A stretch of DNA of 64,000 nt from a virus: positions 46,306-110,305 of IMG/VR virus record IMGVR_UViG_3300042460_000724; one strand, given 5' to 3'. The notes beneath the pieces are model-generated. The model had not been told where the DNA came from. It was given only the letters and a program-made list of their open reading frames with translations, and searched no databases. Both the position numbers and the translations under genes were made by a program. Shown piece by piece: positions 8,200 through 20,100 of the stretch. Position 1 is the first letter of the stretch; every line of letters begins with the position of its first letter.

Positions 8200-11100
8200 T
8201 TACTTAGTAAACCCGAAGTGATTAAAGCCATTTGATACGGTCACTGCAGAGTAACCAACCGACGTAATTGCCGGTATTAATGGGCGATTGTCGTTGAATC
8301 CCCATTCGTATAATACATTGTTAGGATCTATGACAAAAGTACTATTAAAATTCGCAGATACCTGTGTCCAAGATGATGTACCAATTTGTGTAGGCACACT
8401 ATACATATTAGGAGGAGTATATGCTTGATTAGTGCCTAATTGAACTGGGCTGGATTTAGAGATCCTATCATTTAGACCAAGTTGACCACTAGTATTAAGA
8501 CCCCAAACATAAAGTTTGTTATCATTGCGAGTAGCCATCGATGAATTTATATTGGATCCACCTTTATTTAAATTAGTATATATAGAAGTACCAAGTTGTA
8601 CCGGAGCTGATCTAGATAGAATGTCTAATAATCCTAATTGACCATTAGCATTATTACCCCAAGTAAACAAATAGCCATCACTACGTATAGCAAATTGACT
8701 TGCACCAGTTGTTGAAGTGATAGTCCAAGAATCGGTTGCTGTGGGCAAGAATATTGGACTTAATGCAGATGTTACTGAATTAATTCCCAATTCACCATTG
8801 GTATTAGTTCCCCAAGTATATAAACCATATAACTGATCTAATCCAATAGTAAATAGACCACCAGCTGAGACCATAGCCCATGAACTTGTACCAATTTGTA
8901 TTGGGCTTGATTTTGAAATTATTGTACTATCCCCTAATTGACCACTAGTACCTAATCCCCATGTAAATAATAAGTTATCGCTACGTACACCAGCCATATA
9001 GTTTACACCAGAACTAACAGATGTCCAACTAATAGTGCCTAGTTGTACCGGACTACTTCTTAGTATCACATCGTTTGTTCCTAGTTGTCCGCTAGCATTA
9101 TTTCCCCAAACATATAATAGTCCATCACTAGTAATGGCTGCTGTTGCAACACTACCGGCTGAAATAATACTCCAGCTATTTGTACCTATTTGCACAGGAC
9201 TACTTCTGCTTAATATAGCATTGTCACCTATTTGACCATTAGTACCAAGTCCCCACATAAATAGTGCACCATCACTACGTATTGCACCACGTGATGTATT
9301 TTTAGAAATACTTGTCCAAACAGTACCAACGCCAATTTGTACTGGACTACTACGAGAGACTGTATCATTTTGTGCTAATTCACCGTTTGTATTAATACCC
9401 CAAGCCCATAGTTTATTAGTAGCATCAAGAGCCATAAAGTTTGCAAGACCTGTTGATGAAGATACGGTGGTCCAACTACTTGTACCAACTTGTACTGGAC
9501 TACTACGATGTACTAAATTATTTGATGCTAGTTGTCCTGATGCGTTATCACCCCAAGTAAACAATCCACCGTCAATACGAATAGCGACGGTTGATGTAGT
9601 AAATAAACCAACAGCAGTCCAAGAGCTTGTGCCAATTTGTACTGGACTGCTACGAGATATTGTATCATTTAGACCTAGTTGTCCACTAGTACCTAAACCC
9701 CACATAAACAATGCACCGTCACTACGAATGGCAGCACTAGTAGACAGTCCAGTTGATATTGTATTCCAGCTTAAGGCTGCAGGTTTGCTTGTAGTAGTCA
9801 AGTATGTCTGTTGTATCTCTGCACTTGTGAATGAATTTACTTGTACTGGACTAGACCTATTAGCAATGGATCTATCTCCTAATTGTCCACTAGCATTACC
9901 GCCCCAAACATATAATAAATTATTTGTATTAATTGCAGAAGTTGAGCTTTGTCCAGCACTTACTATATTCCAGCTTGTACCAACTTGAACTGGACTACTG
10001 CGGGATAATACTGTAGTATCTCCAAGTTGTCCTGTAGTATTAATACCCCAAGTAAACAATCTATTATCAGATGTAATTCCACCCACAAAAGTTACGCCTG
10101 CACTTATTTGTGCCCAACTACTTGCGCCAATTTGTACCGGAGCAGATCGAGATATGATAGTAGTATCACCTATTTGACCACTAGCGTTAAGACCCCAAGC
10201 AAATAACAAGTTATCAATACGTATACCATATGATGTAGTTCCACCTGAGCTTACTGCATTCCATGACTCATTTATTGATCGGATAAATACTGGACTACTT
10301 CTGGCTCCAAGAGATTCACTTAATCCAAGCTGTCCATTATTATTTTGTCCCCAAATGAAAAGTTGATTATCAGTATAAGTCAACGCCATAGTTACTCCAG
10401 GAGACGTGCCTATACTAACCTGTGACCAACTGCTTGTACCAATTTGTACTGGACTACTACGAGGTAATATTGTATTGTCTCCTAGTTGACCATTAGTATT
10501 AATACCCCAAGACCAAAGAGTGTTGTCAAGACGTAAGGCAGTGGTTGTAGCAAATCCAGTTGATATAACAGACCAACTGCTTGTACCAATTTGTACTGGA
10601 CTACTACGAGGTAATATTGTATTGTCTCCTAGTTGACCATTAGCATTAATACCCCAAGACCACAGTGTAGAGTTAGTTCGGATAGCCATAGCATACGACA
10701 GTCCGGCTGACACACTAGACCAACTGCTTGTACCTATTTGTACTGGACTACTGCGTGGCACGATAGTAGTTGATCCTAATTGTCCACTAGTATTATCTCC
10801 CCAGGAGAAAAGAGCACCATCCAAACGTATAGCATATACACTTACATCTCCGGCACTAACCTTTGTCCAACTACTTGTACCAACTTGTACAGGACTACTA
10901 CGATGTAGTATAGTGCCATCACCTAATTGTCCGGCGTTATTATTACCCCAAGTAAACAATGCACCATCACTACGTATTGCACCAACACAAGCCAGAGTAC
11001 TTACAAGAGTTCCTGTTGCAACACTTCCTGAAACTATAGTCCAGCTACTTGTACCAACTTGTACAGGACTACTGCGATGTACTAAGTCATTTTGACCTAA

Positions 11101-14100
11101 TTGTCCTATTGTATTTAATCCCCATGACCACAACGTATTATCATTACGGATTGCATACATTGCATTATTGCCTATTGATATCTGAGACCAGCTAGTTGTA
11201 CCCAATTGTATTGGACTATTTGTATTAACAGTCGAATTTTGTCCTAGCTGTCCAAATGAATTAATTCCCCAAGTAAACAATGCTCCGTCACTACGTATTG
11301 CCGCTGAACTCCCAATAGACCCACCTGCATTGATTTTGGTCCAACTGAATCCTGTTTTACCGGTAGCAGTTAAGTAAGTACTTTGTAGAGTGTTATTTGT
11401 AAATGAACTAATTTGTACTGGGCTACTCTTGTTAGCCACAAACAGTTGACCAAGTTGTCCACTAGCACCTGCACCCCAACCATATAATACGTTGTCTGCG
11501 GTTAATGCTAAAGTTGTAAAGTCGGTTCCTGCTGTTATTCCACCTGCACTAACAGTAGTCCAACTACTTGTACCTATTTGAACTGGGCTACTACGATGTA
11601 ATATAGTGTCATCACCCAAATTACCAACTGCGTTATTACCCCAAGTAAATAGTGCACCATCACTACGTATACCTGCAAAATGTCCGGCTGAGCTAGATAA
11701 TGCAGTCCAACTATATGCGGTAAACGTATTAGCGGCAGGGTTACCCCAACCATACAATTTGTTATTTGTCTTTATACCTACATTATGGCTATAACCTGCA
11801 CTAATTTTACTCCATGTATCTCCTGTGATTTGTGTAGGCATTGGTTGGTAGCTAGCAATTTGTACTGGACTAGATTTACTTACTACAGTATTATCACCAA
11901 TAGCGCCGTAGCTAGCACCCGAACCCCAACCATAAAACAATAGATTACCATCGAGCACACCGTAACTATTAGTAGATCCAGTACCAATTATAGACCAACT
12001 ACTTAAACTTACTAATGTTGGGCTAGATGTAGCAACAACAGAGTTAATACCTAATTCTCCGCTGCCGTTACCACCCCAAGTATATAGTAACTTAGTAGAA
12101 GTTAACCCTACCATATGGCTTTGACCAACAGTAATTTGTGACCAGCTACTTGTACCAAGTTGGGTTGCACTACTACGGTGGACTAGATCACCTAAACCTA
12201 ATTGTCCATTAGCATTTTGCCCCCATACAAATAATAAACTATCACTGCGTATTGCAGCCGCAGTGTTTACATTCATTGATACTTGTGACCAAGACTCATT
12301 AGCAGTACGAATGAACACCGGGCTAGTAGATTGTGTAACAGTATTATTGCCTATTGCACCAACAGCATTTTGCCCCCATACAAATAATTGCCTGCTTGTG
12401 TTATCTATAGCTGCCGTATTAATATATAATCCACTAACCTTATACCAAGTACTAGTACCAATTTGTACCGGACTAGATCGGGAGATAGCAGTACTATCTC
12501 CTAATTGACCGTTTGTGTTTAGTCCCCAGCCCCATAATGTATTATCACTACGAATAGCAACTGAGTATTGATTACCTGCGTTAACACTTGTCCAACTACT
12601 AGTACCAATCTGTACTGGACTACTTCTAGGGAGAACATTAGTTAAACCTAAACCACCATTAGTATTAATGCCCCATGACCACAATGTATTATTGTTTAGT
12701 AGTCCTACCATGTGTGAGTAACCAACTGCTATTTGACTCCAACTACCTGCACCAAGTTTTACAGGACTAGATTTACTTACTACGGTATTATCACCTAACT
12801 GTCCGTTTGTATTAATTCCCCAAGTGAATAGTCCGCCGTCACTACGCAATGCGGCAGTTATAGCACCATTAGTACTAACCTGTGTCCAACTACTTGTACC
12901 AACTTGTACAGGACTACTACGAGCTACAAGATCACCTAGTCCTAGTTGACCACTAGCATTAATTCCCCAGGCAAATAAAGCACCACCAAGTCGTATTGCA
13001 GTTACAGTCGATATCCCTGCCGCAACACTTGTCCAACTACTAGTACCAATCTGTACTGGACTACTGCGTGGCAATACATCAGTTGTACCTAATTGTCCAC
13101 TAGTATTTAGACCCCACACAAATAATGCTCCATCGTTACGTATAGCATATGTAGAAAAATCTCCCACTGCTACCTGAGTCCAACTGCTTGTGCCAATTTG
13201 TACTGGACTACTACGATGGATGATAGTATTATCTCCTACACCGCCGTTGTTATTAGTTCCCCACGTGAATAATGCTCCATCATTACGTATGGCTGCAGTC
13301 ATACCATTTACACCACCGGAGCTTATTACAGACCAACTAAATGTTGTTGTTCCAGTTGCAGTTAAATAACTATTTTGCTGTGCAAGAGAATATATCGATC
13401 CTACTTGGGTTGGACTACTTTTATTGACAGTATCATTTAAACCAAGACCACCGATGCCGTTAATACCCCATGTAAATAACAAACCATCACTACGTATACC
13501 AGCCATAGTTGTAGCTGCCTTACTATTAATTAAAGTCCAACTACTTGTACCAATTTGTACTGGGCTACTTCTACTAAGTATTGTACTATCCCCTAGTTGA
13601 CCACTAGTACCTAATCCCCAAGTCCATAAACTACCATCATTACGTATAGCCCCAAGTCCACCTACTTTACTCCAAGTAGTATCGGTACCAATTTGAACTG
13701 GACTACTGCGGTGGACTAAATCATTTAACCCTAAATATCCGTCAGTGTTGTTACCCCAAGCCCACAATGTACCATCACTGCGTATAGCTGTAGTCCAAGA
13801 TGTTTCCGAATTAACCTGTATCCAACTACTAGAACCAACTTGTACTGGACTGCTTCTATGAAATATATCACTCAGTCCTAATTGTCCAGATTCGTTAGCT
13901 CCCCAAGTCCATAAACTACCGTCACTACGAATACCAGTGAATCGTAAATTTTGTCCAGTCAATATTGACCAAGATGTTGGAGAATTAACCGGCAATATAA
14001 AGTTTGTGGGACTTAATGTTGGATTATATGGCCATTGTTGATATTGTAATCCCCACCCATACAATGTATTATCTGATGCAATAGCAAGTGAATGTACGTT

Positions 14101-17100
14101 GCCAGCACTTATTTGTGACCAACTACTAGTACCAAGTTGTACTGGACTACTACGATGTAATCCCTCATTATTTACCTGATATGAACTATTATTACCCCAG
14201 GCAAATAATTTATTAGTACTAGAAATAGCAAGCACGTGACTTATACCTGCACTAACTTGTGACCAACTGCTAGCACCTATTTGTGTTGGGCTATTTGAGT
14301 ATGGTGTTGCACCAACTTGTACTGGGCTACTACGATGTTCTAACCAACTACCTGATATAGTTGTTGGATTAAATGCTAATCCTAGTGCTCCATTAGTGTT
14401 ATTACCCCATATATATGCTATACCAGTAGTTGTGATTGCATTGGTTATTCCTGAACCGGCAGCACTAACACTTGCCCAGTCGCTATTATTACCTATTTGA
14501 GTAGGATATGATTTACTAGTTGTAGAATTATCACCCAACTGTCCAAAAGTTGTATTAATTCCCCAAGTAAATAGTTTTCCATCGGATCTAATAGCTGATG
14601 ACAAGCTTTGTCCAGCGCCAACGCTAATCCAGGAATCATTCATTGAGCGAATGAATACCGGGCTACTGCGGCTGGTAATTCCTAATATACCCAATTCTCC
14701 ACTAGTACCAAGTCCCCAAGTAAATAATGCGTTACCTGTATCGGCTGCAGTAATACCTAAAATGTTAGTATAGCCAGTTACCATTGTCCAACTATTTGCA
14801 CCAATTTGTACAGGGAATGATTTAGCAACTGTGGTACCATCACCCAATGATCCAGCAGTATTATTTCCCCAAGCAAACAGTAAACCATCACTTCGTATTC
14901 CTGATAATCCTGCAACAACTGTACCAATTGCAGTCCAAGAATCTGCTACTGAACGAATGAATACTGGGCTGGATCTACCGGCAACAACACCATTACCAAT
15001 AACGCCATCCCCACCTGCAGTAGTTCCCCATGTAAACATTTGCCCATTTGCATCAAGTGCGACTATTGCACTACCTGCATTAACGGTAGTCCAACTACTT
15101 GTACCTGTAGTAAGTGTTGGACTAAAATATGTGTTCACTAGTGAGTTATTACCAAACTGTGCATTAGCTCCACTACCCCACATATATAGTAAATTACCAC
15201 TTATACCGGCTGTGACTGTGCCGCCTGCAGTTACTACACTCCAACTACTTGTACCAATTTGTACAGGACTACTACGATGTTGGGTAGAATCCGGAGTTCC
15301 TAACACACCACTAGTACCTGCACCCCAAGTGAATAATGAACCATCACTGAGAATTGCTACTGTCCATGATAAACCAGATGCTACTGCAGTCCAACTGCTA
15401 CTACCAATTTGTACTGGGCTACTACGATTTAGAGCAGTGCCATCACCTAGTTGTCCAAATGTGTTTACTCCCCATGCATATAATGCGCCAGTAGTACGTA
15501 TAGCATTACTTCTATTATTTGCAGAATAAACTTTTGACCATGTGTTTTCAGTACCGATTTGTACTGGACTACTACGAGCTACTACTGTGTTTAATCCCAG
15601 TTGACCTACATCATTAGCACCCCAACTCCATAATGTACCATCACTACGAACCGCTAATACTGTACCGCCGGTAGTGTTAAACGGTCCTGTTGCAACAGCA
15701 GTCCAACTACTTGTACCAACTTGTACCGGGCTACTACGATGAGCCTGTGTACCATCACCTACAGTACCTGCAGTGTTAACTCCCCAAGTCCATAATGTAT
15801 TATCACTACGTATGGCAGCCGTGAATGATGCTCCTGCTGATACTGTCAACCAGCTATTAGTACCAACTTGTACAGGACTACTACGATGCACTATGTCATT
15901 TAGACCTAATGCGCCATTGATGTTATTACCCCATGCAAACAATAAGCCGTCATTACGAATAGCAAACATTGTATTATTGGTATTTACCACAGTAGACCAA
16001 CTGTAACCAGTCTTACTTGTCTTTGTCAAATATGCCTGTTGTTCTGCAGGTGAAGAGAACGAAACAATTTGTACAGGGCTATTACGAGCAACTACAGTTC
16101 TATCCCCTAATGCACCACCTGAACCAGAACCCCACGTGTACAATGTATTGTTAGCCATTATACCTGCTGTTGTACCAGATGCTTGTGTAGCAACAATATT
16201 CCAATTACTTGTACCAAGTTGTACAGGGCTACTGCGTGAAATTGAGTCACCGATGCCAAGCTCACCGGCTGTATTTAATCCCCATGCAAATAATTTACTA
16301 TCAGTTCGTATTGCAAATGTGCTGTTACCATTTGCTGTTACTAATGTCCAGCTGTTACCCGTACCTACTTGTACTGGGCTACTTCTAGCGATAATATCGT
16401 TTACTCCAAGATTACCAGAACCATTGACTCCCCAACCATATAATTTTCCATCCAACGTAATAGCAAAGGTAGATGTAGCGTTAGTTGTACTATTAGATGG
16501 TACAACTGACCAACTACTTGTGCCTAGTTGAACTGGGCTACTACGATGTACTAAATCATTTAGACCAAGTTGACCATTAAAATTGCCACCCCAAACAAAT
16601 AATAGTCCGTCACTTCTAATAGCGTAAGTATGGCTTATGCCAGCAGCAATACCACTCCAATTACTTGTTCCTATTTGTACCGGACTACTTCTGTGTAGAA
16701 TATCATTTAAACCAAGTTGTCCGATACTGTTAGTTCCCCATGCAAATAACTTACTATCGCTACGAATAGCAAATGAAGTAGATGCACCTGCGGTTACTGT
16801 AGTCCAACTCAATGTTCTAGGTTTACCTGTACTAGTTGACCAAGCAATTTCATCAGCTAATGTAATTAGTGATGAAATTATTACAGGTAATAAGATTGTT
16901 CCTGGAGCATTACCTGTACCCAATTGACCATTATCATTATTGCCCCAACCGTATAAAACATTGTCCATGGTTAAAGCTAATGTATGAGTAGAGCCGGTGC
17001 TTATCATAGTCCAGCTACTTGTACCAACTTGTACTGGACTTGATTTTAGTATGACGGTGTTGTCCCCCAATTGACCAACATCATTATTACCCCATGACCA

Positions 17101-20100
17101 TAATGTTTTATCATTACGAATGGCCGCGGTAAATGTATCACCCTGTGCAACTTGGTACCAAGTATTAATAGTTGCATTTACTTGCACTGGGCTACTAGTA
17201 TCTACTACACTGTTAATACCTAATTCACCGACTGTATTACCGCCCCATGCGTATAAATACCCATTACCATTAGTGTAGTCCTGTATTATTCCCATGCGTC
17301 CAGCAACCATAGTCCAACTACTTGAACCAATTTGTACTGGACTAGATTTATTTACAATTGAGTTGTCACCTAATCCACCATACGTATTATTACCCCAAGT
17401 AAATAAGGCTCCATCACTTCTTATTGCAGAAACAACGTATGCATTTCCAATATCACCAGATTGTCCTGCACTAACCATAATCCAGCTACTTGTACCAACC
17501 TGTACTGGACTACTGCGATGTACTGTGTCATTAAGGCCCAATTGTCCTTGGCTATTAAGTCCCCATGACCACAAATAATTATTAGTGTCAATACTAAAAG
17601 CATTACCGAAGCCTGCCGCTAGTTGTTTCCAACTACCGGTACCTATTTGTACTGGACTACTTCTATTAATACCATCATTCTCTCCTAACTCCCCTACGGT
17701 ATTTTTACCCCATGACCACAATGTTCCATCTAATCGTATACCATAGGACGATGAATCCAATCCTGACACCGCTGAGGTCCAAAGTAAATTACCAATCTGT
17801 ACTGGACTACTACGAGCTACAACAGTATTATCTCCTATTTGTCCTGAATTATTGAAACCCCAAGCCCATAACGTACCATCAATACGTATAGCGATGGGAG
17901 TTAGTCTTCCAGCAGAAACCATATTCCAGCTACTTGTACCAACCTGTACAGGACTACTTCTGAGAAGACCACTAACGTTTGCACCTAATGCACCTAATGA
18001 ATTATCAGTTCCCCATGACCAAAGTGATTTGTCACTACTACGTATAGCAAATAAAAATCCTTGTCCAGCACTAACCATAGTCCAACTACTAGTACCAATC
18101 TGCACAGGGCTACTACGATGTATTTGATTATTTGTACCTAATTGACCGTATGTATTACTACCCCAAGACCATAAACTACCATCACTTCTTATGCCTGCCG
18201 CAGTTTGTGTGCCATCTACTGGCATACTAGATCCTGATAGATATGTCCAACTTAATAAATCTTTACCTAACTGTATTGGTTGGGATCTATTTATAACATT
18301 ATTTTGTCCTAATTGACCACTAGTCCCTAGACCCCAAAGCCAAAGTGTATTATCATTACGTATACCAGCGACATGGTTTGAGTTAAAACTTCCTTCACCT
18401 ATACTTGTCCAAGAATCATTCATAGAGCGAATGAATACAGGTGTAGACATAGTTACCATGTTACCGTCACCTATTTGGCCGTCAGTACCAATACCCCAAG
18501 TATATAATTGACCGGCTGAAGTAATACCCATACCGCCTGATGACCCAGCCGGTACTATAGTCCAACTACTAGTAGTAACTTGTAATGGTAATGATTGGTT
18601 ACCTGGGTTGCCACCTAACGCACCAAATCCATTATATCCCCATCTAAATAACAAACCATCACTACGCACAGCTCCATATTCATCTGTACCTGAACTTACA
18701 TAAGTCCATGAATCAAATATACCTGCACGAATAAATACTGGGCTAGAACGTTGCAATATAGTATTATCACCTACACCACCTTGTGTGTTGCCTGCCCAAG
18801 TAAACAACACACCGTTACTATCTATTGCAGTAGCTCCATTAACAAAAGTCCAACTACTACTACCTATTAGTACTGGGCTGTTTTTATTAGCAGTTGTATT
18901 ATCACCCAATTCGCCGTTAGTATTTAAACCCCAAGCAAACAATGCACCATCATTACGTATTCCATACATAGTAGATGTCCAACTGTTGACATAATTCCAT
19001 GTATTAGTTCCAACTTGTACGGGACTGCTACGATGCACTGAACTGGCTGCCCCTAATTGACCAGACCCATTAGCCCCCCAAGTAAACAATGCACCATTAC
19101 TACTTATAGCACCAGTGAATGACCCGCCTAACGCAACCATAGTCCAACTACTTGTGCCTAGTTGAACTGGGCTACTACGAGCTACTGCATCATTAAATCC
19201 TAACTGCCCCAGTGTATTATCACCCCATATAAATAAAGCACCGTCTGTTCGTATGGCAGCTAAATTTGTACCAAAATTAGTGCCGCTTGCTACCATAGTC
19301 CAACTACTACTACCAACTTGTACCGGACTACTTCGATTTACTGCGTCATTTAGTCCTAATTGGCCTACTGTATTAGCTCCCCAAGCCCATAAACCACCGC
19401 CACTTTTAATAGCGGCCATCGGTCCTATGGATGATCCGGATGCTAGTTTTATCCAATCAGTATCAGTACCGACCTGTACCGGGCTACTGCGATGTATTTG
19501 ATTATTTTGTCCTAATGAACCTTCATCATTACGACCCCATGTCCATAATGTTCCATCTATTTTGATTGCGGCTGCATATGATGTGCCTCCAGCAATTGCA
19601 GCCCAACTACTTGTACCGATTTGCACAGGGCTACTACGATGTACTAAATCATTTAGACCTAATTGTCCTATAGTATTTTGTCCCCATGAAAATAACAATC
19701 CATCACTACGTAATGCCAATCTAGTATTACTACCTGTAGTAAATGTCAAATTGGCTACAGTAGTCCAACTAAGCGGTGTTACTCCTATGGTAGTTAAATA
19801 TGTTTGTTGTTGTGCTGATGTTCTAATTGAAGTTATTTGTACTGGACTACTTTTGTTTATCCCCAGTCCTTCACCAAGATAGGTACCTGTGCCCCAAGAA
19901 TACAACGCACCATCTGTAGTTATTCCCATTGTGACACTTGTTCCACTAGTGACCATAGTCCAACTACTTGTACCAATTTGTATTGGGCTAGATTTTGCAA
20001 CTAATGTGGTGTCACCCAATTGACCATTAGTATTAACACCCCACGTAAATAAGTTACCTGTAGTAGTTATGGCGGCGGTCATGCCAGAACCAGCACTGAC